This document shows positions 1 through 8,582 of a stretch of 64,000 bases of DNA, in pieces. The stretch comes from Candidatus Methylarchaceae archaeon HK02M2. Its GTDB lineage: Archaea > Thermoproteota > Nitrososphaeria > Nitrososphaerales > JACAEJ01. Position 1 is the stretch's first letter; every line of letters begins with the position of its first letter. The position numbers and the translations under genes are program-made. Location of the stretch: positions 8,045 through 72,044 of the forward strand of contig JAKLZG010000091.1 of NCBI GenBank assembly GCA_024256165.1, in the 5' to 3' direction. The notes under the pieces were generated by a model. That model did no database searches and was not told the DNA's origin. It was given only the letters and a program-made list of their open reading frames with translations.

Positions 1-222
1 AAGGCCTTGGCAATAGAACTTGGTCCGATAATCCCGAGTACTGCTGAGAAAATATGGGTTTTTCTAGGAATGAAAAATAAATTAGTAGATGTTGATTGGT
101 CGGAAGCGAATGTTGATTTCAATTATCCAATGAATATTGGAATTTTTCATCCATTATTCAAGAAGATAAAAAAGGAAGAAATTATTAAGAAGCTTGATAA
201 AATTCGGAAGAAGGAGGGATAA
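1..222 (+). CDS. metG: Methionyl-tRNA synthetase, C-terminal end (partial, runs off window start)
   Basis: L.PIIP.TAEKIW..LG...PLFKKI resembles the MetRS anticodon-binding domain end; followed directly by a MetRS-type tRNA-binding OB domain gene. Confidence 0.75.
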   Translation, partial: KALAIELGPIIPSTAEKIWVFLGMKNKLVDVDWSEANVDFNYPMNIGIFHPLFKKIKKEEIIKKLDKIRKKEG

Positions 223-224
223 AT

Positions 225-551
225 ATTTCTCAAGTAACTTTTGAAGAGTTCTCTAAAATAGATATGAAAGTGGGTAAGATTGTAGATGCAGAAAAGGTTG
301 TTGGGTCTAAGAATCTCATGAAGTTGATAATAGATTTAGGAGAAGCTACGAAGCAATCTATAGCTGCCATAGGAGATAGATATGAATCGGAACAACTTAA
401 ATCAAAACTTGTAGCTGTAGTAACTAATCTTAAGCCAAGGAAGATCTTTGGATTGGAATCTGAAGTGATGATATTGGCTGCATTGGATGATTCTAACATC
501 TCAATCCTCCATCCTGATAAGCAAGTGAGGTCAGGTAGCAAGATATCTTAA
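225..551 (+). CDS. tRNA-binding OB-fold protein (MetRS C-terminal/Trbp111/CsaA family); probable ATT start at 225
   Basis: SQVTFEEFSKIDMKVGKI...VVTNLKPRKIFGLESEVMILAA; the conserved N-terminal helix lies upstream of the ATG at 264; SD GGAGGG at 213-218. Confidence 0.85.
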   Translation: MSQVTFEEFSKIDMKVGKIVDAEKVVGSKNLMKLIIDLGEATKQSIAAIGDRYESEQLKSKLVAVVTNLKPRKIFGLESEVMILAALDDSNISILHPDKQVRSGSKIS

Positions 552-688
552 GTAACTCTACCTTTAGTTAGGACTTCATTGAATTTTTAATATATTTTGG
601 GATTTAAAAGTTAATTACTATACGGTTCTCCCACAGATCGTATTAATGAAGTAAAAGTAATATAATAGACTCTTCGTTTTGGTTAAAT

Positions 689-970
689 ATGGAATGGGCT
701 TGGATTGTCCCGATCGCAATACCATTTATAATAGGATTCTTAGTCGGTATCATAATTAAAAAAACAATAAAACTAGCACTTATAATTTTAGCTTTGGTCC
801 TGATCTTAGGAGCAGTGGGATACATTATGCTACCTAGTGTACAAGATGTTATGCAAAAAGCTATAGAATACTTGCCGAAGATATGGGAAGCAGGAAGCTT
901 ACTTAATTTATTGCCATACTCAACAATTACGTTTCTCGTAGGTTTAGCTCTAGGACTTTGGAAAGGTTAG
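689..970 (+). CDS. Small membrane protein, FUN14-like
   Basis: Hydrophobic segments, GFLVGIIIKK and C-terminal FLVGLALGLWKG pattern. Confidence 0.65.
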   Translation: MEWAWIVPIAIPFIIGFLVGIIIKKTIKLALIILALVLILGAVGYIMLPSVQDVMQKAIEYLPKIWEAGSLLNLLPYSTITFLVGLALGLWKG

Positions 971-1078
971 TTATAAATAACCTGAAGAAAATAGACATTT
1001 AAAAGTTAAATTTATCTTAGGATAATATGTTGTCACAGTGAACCTTTTATTTCATATAATATACAAAGTTAAAGGATA

Positions 1079-1513
1079 TTGTCAATTAAAAAAAGGTACA
1101 CCTTCCTAGAACATATGGGAGATGAATTTATTGAGGCTTATGGAACTTCTTTAGAGGAAGCCTTCGAGAGCGCTGGCATGGCTTTGATCGATACAATGAT
1201 CGATATCAATGAAGTCGATGATAAGATCGAAGAGTTCATTAAAACTCATGGTTTAGATTTGGAGAACCTTCTTTATAACTGGTTGGAGGAGTTGCTTATT
1301 AAAGTTACATCTGAGAACAAGGTCTACTCATCCTTTACTGTAAAGATATATCAAAAAGAAGGGAGCTATGAGTTAGAAGGGATTGTAAAGGGCGAGGAAC
1401 TTAATATCAGCAAGCATAAGCCCAAAACTGAAGTCAAAGCTGTAACTTATCATATGATGGATATAAAGCAAGATTCGGAAGGGGTTGTCCTCCGATTCTT
1501 ATTAGATTTATAA
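1079..1513 (+). CDS. Archease (RtcB tRNA ligase cofactor)
   Basis: Y.FLEH..D..IEAYG.SLEEAF, EVKAVTYH and terminal LDL motifs. Confidence 0.93.
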   Translation: MSIKKRYTFLEHMGDEFIEAYGTSLEEAFESAGMALIDTMIDINEVDDKIEEFIKTHGLDLENLLYNWLEELLIKVTSENKVYSSFTVKIYQKEGSYELEGIVKGEELNISKHKPKTEVKAVTYHMMDIKQDSEGVVLRFLLDL

Positions 1514-1639
1514 TTGGTCCACCCAACTTACTTTAAAGAAACGGAGAGGTGTATATCAAGCGACTAGCTAACATCCACCACGATATATCAGAACTTACAA
1601 TCTTTATCTTTAAATAATGAGATTTTAACACTTTCAAAC

Positions 1640-2041
1640 ATGTCCGACCCAGAGCTTGAAAGAATCCTAAAAGAGAAGGCAAAGTCTTTAAAGGAGAGTA
1701 TTGGTAAGGTGGAAACTACAATGCCTTTGAATCTTACTACAGAAAACTTTGATCAAGTGATAAACTCGGATAAGCCGGTAATTGTGGACTTTTGGGCAGA
1801 ATGGTGCGCCCCATGCTTGTATATGGTTCCCGCTTTTGAGAATTTAGCAAAGAAATATGATGGGAAGATAATCTTCGGTAGATTGAATGTCGATGAAAAC
1901 AGAGACATATCGACAAAATACCAGGTCTTTTCAATACCTACTTTTATGGTATTTAAAGATGGAAAGCCTAGTGATATTGCAGTAGGTGCAATTGGAGAGA
2001 GAGGTCTTGAGAAACTCATCGCCAAATATATTGAGTCATAA
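1640..2041 (+). CDS. trxA: Thioredoxin
   Basis: VDFWAEWCAPC, LNVDEN, SIPT. Confidence 0.92.
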   Translation: MSDPELERILKEKAKSLKESIGKVETTMPLNLTTENFDQVINSDKPVIVDFWAEWCAPCLYMVPAFENLAKKYDGKIIFGRLNVDENRDISTKYQVFSIPTFMVFKDGKPSDIAVGAIGERGLEKLIAKYIES

Positions 2042-2089
2042 TATTTCTATAATTTTCATAAAATGATCTATCTTTTCAAGTTAGTGTCG

Positions 2090-2692
2090 TTAACCAAAGA
2101 TCGCCATGATACCTTCCCTAACAAAAGTTACAGCTATAGCAGCTATTAGCAAGCCCATAATCCTTGTGAAGATTCGCGTGCCATTTTGACCTAATATGTT
2201 TTGAATGAACTTACCTTGAATAAGGATTATCCATGCAAGTATGCAGTTGGATATTATTACAGCAGATGTGATAAGAGGACCGTAAGGAGGGTTCATTAAA
2301 ATCATGACCGTTGATATTGCGCCAGGTCCCGCAAGGAGCGGGGTTGCGAGTGGGAATGCAGCTATTTCTCTTCCATCTATGCTTTTAACCTTGGATCTCT
2401 CCCCTCTCAAGTAATCATATGCTATAAGGAAGAGTATTACTCCACCTGCGATCTTAAAATCGTCAATTGTGGTCCCTAAGAGTTGAAAGATGAACCCACC
2501 CAAGTAAGCGAATACGATGAGTATTAAGAATGCAATAAATACAGACTCGGTTATTATCTTCCGTCTTTTATCAGCTATATCTGCTGTTAAAGAGATAAAA
2601 ATGGGAGTATTGCCCACCGCATCTAGGATAGTAAAGAGTAGAAAAAAAGCTTGAAAGAATAAGTATGGATCGAAGCTAAAAATTTCCATCAC
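2090..2692 (-). CDS. MarC family integral membrane protein
   Basis: D..GN.PIF, F.IAGG.ILF, PLATPLLAGPGAIS, RIMGLLIAAIAV. Confidence 0.92.
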   Translation of the reverse strand: MMEIFSFDPYLFFQAFFLLFTILDAVGNTPIFISLTADIADKRRKIITESVFIAFLILIVFAYLGGFIFQLLGTTIDDFKIAGGVILFLIAYDYLRGERSKVKSIDGREIAAFPLATPLLAGPGAISTVMILMNPPYGPLITSAVIISNCILAWIILIQGKFIQNILGQNGTRIFTRIMGLLIAAIAVTFVREGIMAIFG

Positions 2693-3124
2693 ATTATTTA
2701 TTAAAGTATATCCCTATATTGCTTTTCTTTAAGAATGCAACATATTGGATAAAACAAAAGCGAGTTAAGAAAATAGAAGATGAGTTAAACTTTAGACGAG
2801 AACAAAAGTAAAAAAGAAAAATCTATCAATTATATTAAAAGGAAAATACAAAGTTTTATTTAACCTTAGTTTAACTCCTATTGAATTCAGATAATGTTTT
2901 CTTAAATGATATTAACTTGAATACAACTCAAACGAATTTGTTTGCCATATACTGTAAAATTATCAACGTAATACCATATCCCATTTGAGCTTCGTAAATA
3001 GAAGGTTCTAATCCTTTTTCATGTACACCTATCTTAGAAAGATAAGTATAGTAGAAAACTTATCACAAGTTTCACAGTAAGCATAATCTAAAGCAGTTAA
3101 AGCTGTCTTTCTTTCAGATATTAG

Positions 3125-3400
3125 GTCAAGATATCGATTACACAGAGTGAAAAAAGGGTGCTGAATGATGTATGCAATGTTCTAAAGAGAGAAAAGATAG
3201 TTAGGAGATGTCCGATAAGAGATTATCCACCAGCAACACCTTACATAAGCATCTTACACCATGACCAAGAAAGGTTCTTGAGAGCAATAAGACCTTTTGT
3301 TCGTACAGAAAAGAAATGTAAACAGATTGATGATGCTCTGAAAATGATAAAGGAGAGGAAGCCTAGAAAGATAAATAAACAAGAAGCTCTGCTTCTCTAA
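3125..3400 (+). pseudogene. Probable truncated LAGLIDADG homing-endonuclease-like fragment
   Basis: Open frame from 3125 reads VKISITQSEKRVLNDVCNVLK...ERFLRAIRPFVRTEKK, like the post-LAGLIDADG strands and helices; the LAGLIDADG helix itself is absent (stop at 3122). Confidence 0.45.
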
Positions 3401-3402
3401 TT

Positions 3403-4371
3403 ATGCTCTTTTTTAAATCTCCACAAAAAATCTTCAAGATAGGGAATGTGACGATTGGTGGACAACCAGGAGAGAATCCAAAGGTACTTGTTGGGACCAT
3501 CTTCTATGAGAAGCATAAAATCGTAAGGGATGAAGAGACGGGCGATTTCGATAAAAAGGCAGCAGAGGCCCTCATAAATAAGCAAGATACCCTCTGTGAC
3601 GAAACAGGTCTACAATCTATGTTAGATGTAGTATGTACTTCTGTTGAACAAATTCCAAAGTATCTGGATTTCGTTGCAAGTGTTACGGATGTACCCATGC
3701 TATTCGATGCTTGGAAACTCAACATCAAACTTGAAGGACTCAAATACATTTCTGAAGCTGGGTTATCTAATAGGATTGTATATAATAGTATAATGCCCTT
3801 ACCCCCCCCAAAGAAAGAAGAAATGGATGCAATAAAAGCAGCAAAGATTGACTCCTCAATAATATTGGCATATAATGTTAAGAATCGAAGCGCTAATGGT
3901 GTTATCTCTATTCTAAAAGGTGATTCAGAACAAAAGGGTCTATTGAAGGTTGCAGAAGAAGATGCCGGAGTTACGATGCCAATAATTGACGTAACCCTAT
4001 TTACTTACATTCCTAGCATGGGAGTAGGTTGCAAGGCGGTTAGTTTAGTAAAGGATGAATTAGGATTACCAGCAGGCGGAGCCCCAGGGAACGCCACTAC
4101 GACTTGGAAGATGCCAAAAGAGAAGTGGGGTCTAGATGTATTCAAAGCTTGTGAGGCAAGCGTTCAAGTAGTGCCTCTTGCTTTTGGAGCAGATTTTCTG
4201 CTATATGGGATAATAGAATCTGCCCCTTGGGTAATCCCTGCATGTGCAGCAATAGACGCAATGGCTGCTACTGTGTCTAACTTTGAATACAAAATGCCGT
4301 TGAATAAAGATCATCCATTAAGCAAGATGTTCCCTGATTTCGTCGAGAAGCTAGAGAAAGCTACATTATAA
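3403..4371 (+). CDS. mtrH: MtrH-family pterin:corrinoid methyltransferase (stand-alone)
   Basis: QKIFKIGNVTIGGQPGENP.VLVGTIFY..HKIV.DE..G.FDK, YNSI, G.APGNA, GADFLLYG, HPL..MF. Confidence 0.9.
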   Translation: MLFFKSPQKIFKIGNVTIGGQPGENPKVLVGTIFYEKHKIVRDEETGDFDKKAAEALINKQDTLCDETGLQSMLDVVCTSVEQIPKYLDFVASVTDVPMLFDAWKLNIKLEGLKYISEAGLSNRIVYNSIMPLPPPKKEEMDAIKAAKIDSSIILAYNVKNRSANGVISILKGDSEQKGLLKVAEEDAGVTMPIIDVTLFTYIPSMGVGCKAVSLVKDELGLPAGGAPGNATTTWKMPKEKWGLDVFKACEASVQVVPLAFGADFLLYGIIESAPWVIPACAAIDAMAATVSNFEYKMPLNKDHPLSKMFPDFVEKLEKATL

Positions 4372-4384
4372 AAGTAGTACAGTT

Positions 4385-4420
4385 GACTGATGGTTCTGTC
4401 AGTCTTCCCCTCTTTTTATT
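4385..4420 (+). terminator. Hairpin plus pyrimidine/T tract after mtrH
   Basis: GACTGATGG-TT-CTGTCAGTC stem followed by TTCCCCTCTTTTT. Confidence 0.45.
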
Positions 4421-4542
4421 AAAATCTCTAGTTAGTAAAATATCATTATTAAACTAGACAATAGAAAGGGTTAAAATTTTAATCATATTTTAGTTCTTGT
4501 TTATTATATAAAGGGACGGCACATCCAATAGATTGTTAAGAT

Positions 4543-5490
4543 TTATTCGAAAATCGGCATTTCATTCATTCTTTCCAAAGTCTTGATTATATTGTAGATC
4601 GTCTCGTTTACAGGTGTCTTAATTCTATGAACTTTTCCTAATCTGACAATTGCTCCATTCATGTATTCCACCTCCGTTCTCTTGTGCTTTTCAATATCTT
4701 GGAGCATAGAACTTTTATGCTCAGATGTTGGCGGCAATTGATTCTTGATGAGATAATGAAAGTATTTTTCCCAAGTAAATTTTAGTCTTATTTCTTCAGC
4801 TTCTGCAACGTTAAAAGCCTCTTTGAGCATTCTCTTGATTATCTCTTTCGTCTCCTTATATTCCCCCAATTTACCATATCGAATCTTTAAGATAGCTGAT
4901 AAGGGGTTCAAGGCAATGTTATAGAAAACCTTCATCCACTTTTCTCGGATTATATCATCTGTTGGGGAAGCAGGAATGCCAGACTTGGAAACCATCTCTG
5001 CAACCGCTTTTGATCTTTTCATATTCCTCGAAAGAGTTCCAAAGAGGCATTCACTCGCATATACTGTAACTTGAACGTGCGCAGGCTCAACTAGAACAGC
5101 ACCGAAGATCGCCATACCTCCCATTGTTCTATTTTTTCCGACAATCTTGGCAATTATTTCCTCATTGCCTATGCCATTCTGTACTGATGCAACGAGGCTG
5201 TCTTTACTTATCAATGGTAATACTTTTATCACAACATCCTCGGTATCGTAAGACTTTGTTGTAATCAAAACGAGATCGTAAGGGGCAAGCTCAGTACATT
5301 CTACAACAGATGTAAAAGCATGGAGATTCTTGAATATATGCTCACCCCAAATCCCCGATATTTTAAGACCCTCCTTATTGATCTTGGATATGTGCGGTTT
5401 CCTACCTATCAAGGCCACATCTTGTGATTTTGATAGAAAACCTCCGAATGTAGAGCCTATCGCTCCTGCTCCCATTACAAGTATCTTCAT
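4543..5490 (-). CDS. panE: Ketopantoate reductase
   Basis: MKILVMGAGAIGS, TKSYD, QNGIG, W.K..N...NPLSA, SSMLQD...RTE...NG. Confidence 0.92.
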   Translation of the reverse strand: MKILVMGAGAIGSTFGGFLSKSQDVALIGRKPHISKINKEGLKISGIWGEHIFKNLHAFTSVVECTELAPYDLVLITTKSYDTEDVVIKVLPLISKDSLVASVQNGIGNEEIIAKIVGKNRTMGGMAIFGAVLVEPAHVQVTVYASECLFGTLSRNMKRSKAVAEMVSKSGIPASPTDDIIREKWMKVFYNIALNPLSAILKIRYGKLGEYKETKEIIKRMLKEAFNVAEAEEIRLKFTWEKYFHYLIKNQLPPTSEHKSSMLQDIEKHKRTEVEYMNGAIVRLGKVHRIKTPVNETIYNIIKTLERMNEMPIFE

Positions 5491-5599
5491 ATGATCGTTA
5501 AATAAAGCGAAGGTTATGAATTTTTCATCCGGGAAACGACTAATTTGCTAACTTTCATTCCACCAAATTTAGATGACCCTACAGTAGAAAGTTATCTAC

Positions 5600-6304
5600 T
5601 TATCTAATCATTTTTGATTCCTTTAGGATAAGGTCATCGACTTTCCTTTCTAAATCTAAGTTTGATCGAATTCTTTTTAAAATATTTTTACTTAATTCAA
5701 AATAAGAGAAATTTTTTGGAATTTTAGGTTCTTTTTGCCTAGCTCCCTTAATTCTTATCCTAACAAAATCAGGGTTTGTTTCAAAGTCAAAGTCCATAAT
5801 CTCATTCATAAACAGGCTCCCATCAAAATGCTTAATCGACAATCTAAATTTCTCTACATTAGAATTGTACCCTATTGTCTCTAAAGTATCTTTTAATTTT
5901 GAAGGATGAAGAGAATATCCATAGTATTTACTTCTTACCTTATATTCTATTTCCTTTGGGAAAAATTTGTACTCGGTCTTATAATAAACACCCTTATGAG
6001 TTAGCCCGTAGCCCTTATAATTTGAGATATCTGTTTGAATGGAGAGATAAAAACCTTTAAAATCTATATGCATTAACTCTTTTATCGAAAATCTCTTTCC
6101 TGCAACTCTTTTTTTGATACCTCCTACATAATTAAATATGACCTCATTTGGCTTAGGAACCTTGTTAAAGAAACTTAAATCATTGGCTATATCATAGATA
6201 CTGTTAACATCTATTCTATCTGGTATTTGGATATTAACATCAGTATTATATCTCTTAAAAAACAAGCCAAATTTTGTTACTTTGACCGATATCATGTTCA
6301 ACAT
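5600..6304 (-). CDS. Hypothetical protein (low GC, no recognised family)
   Basis: 234-aa ORF with upstream GGAG; no motif recognised. Confidence 0.6.
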   Translation of the reverse strand: MLNMISVKVTKFGLFFKRYNTDVNIQIPDRIDVNSIYDIANDLSFFNKVPKPNEVIFNYVGGIKKRVAGKRFSIKELMHIDFKGFYLSIQTDISNYKGYGLTHKGVYYKTEYKFFPKEIEYKVRSKYYGYSLHPSKLKDTLETIGYNSNVEKFRLSIKHFDGSLFMNEIMDFDFETNPDFVRIRIKGARQKEPKIPKNFSYFELSKNILKRIRSNLDLERKVDDLILKESKMIR

Positions 6305-6404
6305 CTCCTATAAATACAGCTCTTTAAAAAATTGTAGATAAAAAGGAAGCCAAATAGAGAATTCAGATTTTAGGATTATTCTTAACCTTTGAAAAAGCAA
6401 TTTA

Positions 6405-6575
6405 TTATCTTTCTAATTTATTTATCCAATCTAACATTACAGTTACTACCAAATAACCAAAAATAATGCCAAAAATTAGCCCAAAGAGTACGTTAATTTG
6501 AAAAATCACCCAGAAACTCATAACTCCGATTACTAAAAAGAGGATAATAGCAAGCGATAGAATATCATCATCCAT
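6405..6575 (-). CDS. 56-aa two-helix membrane protein (not in ORF track)
   Basis: MDDDILSLAIILFLVIGVMSFWVIFQINVLFGLIFGIIFGYLVVTVMLDWINKLER; strong SD AGGAGG upstream. Confidence 0.65.
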   Translation of the reverse strand: MDDDILSLAIILFLVIGVMSFWVIFQINVLFGLIFGIIFGYLVVTVMLDWINKLER

Positions 6576-6719
6576 TTTATTCTCCTCCTTATTTTCAAGT
6601 AACCCACCTAAAAGCTTTTCAACTATGTAAAATCATAAAAATTTATTTCCTTTTTAGCGGTGTTTCAATCAATAAAGTTATACAGTTTAGTATTGAAACT
6701 AAATTCATTTTTTATAAAT

Positions 6720-8582
6720 TCATTTTTTTATAAATGCTATATTTAAGAAATTCTCGATCTCGACCTCTGCATTATCTGCCTTCATAAATATGGGTACATT
6801 TGCCATACCTGTTGCTAAATAGCTTGACAGCAACCATTCACCTGGTACAAACTCCAAAGTCTTCTCGAGGATTGTTTTATCAATCATGAAGGTGTTGCTT
6901 ATCAAGCCTCTATCATAAGGTCTAGGAAGAGTGCTCACAAAGTAGGTATGAAGTTGTTGTAATGCATTCGTATTTAGATATGCAATCCTTTGAGTTGCTA
7001 TGCATCCACCAAGTCCATACTTTCTCCCCTGCCTCAGCAAACGCTCCACTTCAAGACTACACAATTTGTCGATTCCAGTTACATTAGAGGGATTGGCGAC
7101 GAACTCTTGGGCTTCGTCCCAGACGAAGAGGATATATGGCTCCACCTTGAACTCTCTCTTCCTCTTTATTAACAAGTCATGTGTTAACTCGATGACTAAG
7201 CGCTTTATGGTCTTGGCCTCACTTATTGAGATGCAGACTAACTGAGTAGTCCCTTCAAGTAGCTTCTTTACCCCTTCAAGACTGTAACCCTCGCCTATTA
7301 CTTGAGATCGATCTTCGAAGTACCTCCTCATCTTATCCCTAGATTGGAACCAGCCATACAGAGCACTCTTCTCGTGGACACGGAAACTCTCAGCAACATC
7401 CTTTGCAACCTTAATCAAGGCCTCTATGAACTCCTCCGTGAGTTCATCGCCCTCTTTAAGGCCCTTTTCCTCCATGTAACCCAAGACTAAGTCTTCGATA
7501 TCGCTCAACGCCTCAACATAGTTAGGATTTTTCACATTCCCTTCTTTCAATCTCTCAATGTCAGCCAGAAATTCAACAAATTGGGGAACCTTCCTCCTGC
7601 CCCTCCACAGGTGGGAGACTCTGCCAAGGTTGAAGATTTTGGTCATCCCTTCAATCACTCTCGTATCAGCCTCATAATCCTTCGGCTTTACCACAGAGTT
7701 GTAGAACTCTCTATCATTACGAACCTCGTTCTCCAATATAATCTTAGAAGAGATGGAGGAGTCTGCAAAGACATCCATCAATAAGAATGGATACTCACAT
7801 GAGATATCGAAAATAACAACCTTCACACTGCTTTTGTGTAAAAGGATTCTTCTCAGAACGTTAGAAAGCAAATTACTCTTTCCCCCACCTGTGAAGGCGA
7901 AAATCCCGAAGTGATAGCGAATTAAAGAATCATAGTTTACGTAGAGTGGAATATTCTCCCCTGCAGCCTCAAACATCTTAATAGTCCCAAGCCTCGGGTC
8001 CTTTCTAGCATTTGCACAGGTTTCCATTCCCTCACAGGAAAGTGCCTCAGGGATTTCACGGTTGTACATGCTCCTGATCATCTCCTTGTTCAAGATATAG
8101 GCCCTATTACCCACAATAGGATATGAGAAACCTCTCTCAAAGTCAGGGTTCTTATCAACTTCCAAGACAAGGTCGTAATTAATTGGGATAGCCGTCAATT
8201 GGATCATCATCATCGTCTTATCGCTCATCTCCCAATCTTGGACGGATTGTTGTATCACCTCAAATTGCATCGGGAAATACTGATAATCCCGAACACCTCT
8301 CAAACCGAAGTGCTCTGGCCAAAACCGAACCACTTCTAGTAGTGTATATTTCTCCTTTCGGTCATCGGACCTAAAGTTTTTAACGGCAAGCAGCATACCA
8401 TCGTCAAGCAGCCTAAGTAGTTCCCTACAATACTGGGCCTTCACCCTACACAAATAAGGGGATGAGGTTCCAAATCTTTCATCCATCTCCACTTGGCTCA
8501 CTGAGACTTTGCTTAGCTGTGCATCAAACTTGCCATCAAAATCTGTGAAATATTTCTTAAGTTTCTCTTCTACCCGACTCAA
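6720..8582 (-). CDS. HerA/FtsK-family ATPase (HerA-like helicase); likely TTG start at 8582
   Basis: N-terminal HAS-barrel-like region, RYHFGIFAFTGGGKS (Walker A), IFD..EY, FVWDEAQ (Walker B), RQGRKYGLG..IATQR. Confidence 0.9.
   Translation of the reverse strand: MSRVEEKLKKYFTDFDGKFDAQLSKVSVSQVEMDERFGTSSPYLCRVKAQYCRELLRLLDDGMLLAVKNFRSDDRKEKYTLLEVVRFWPEHFGLRGVRDYQYFPMQFEVIQQSVQDWEMSDKTMMMIQLTAIPINYDLVLEVDKNPDFERGFSYPIVGNRAYILNKEMIRSMYNREIPEALSCEGMETCANARKDPRLGTIKMFEAAGENIPLYVNYDSLIRYHFGIFAFTGGGKSNLLSNVLRRILLHKSSVKVVIFDISCEYPFLLMDVFADSSISSKIILENEVRNDREFYNSVVKPKDYEADTRVIEGMTKIFNLGRVSHLWRGRRKVPQFVEFLADIERLKEGNVKNPNYVEALSDIEDLVLGYMEEKGLKEGDELTEEFIEALIKVAKDVAESFRVHEKSALYGWFQSRDKMRRYFEDRSQVIGEGYSLEGVKKLLEGTTQLVCISISEAKTIKRLVIELTHDLLIKRKREFKVEPYILFVWDEAQEFVANPSNVTGIDKLCSLEVERLLRQGRKYGLGGCIATQRIAYLNTNALQQLHTYFVSTLPRPYDRGLISNTFMIDKTILEKTLEFVPGEWLLSSYLATGMANVPIFMKADNAEVEIENFLNIAFIKK

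Noticed and set aside
1514..1600. Slightly GC-richer spacer between archease and trxA with a CTGA on the minus strand
   Set aside because: No convincing C box, stem or rRNA complement found
3403..4371. mtrH as proof of methanogenesis
   Set aside because: No mcr or other mtr genes in the window; solitary MtrH homologues occur in non-methanogens
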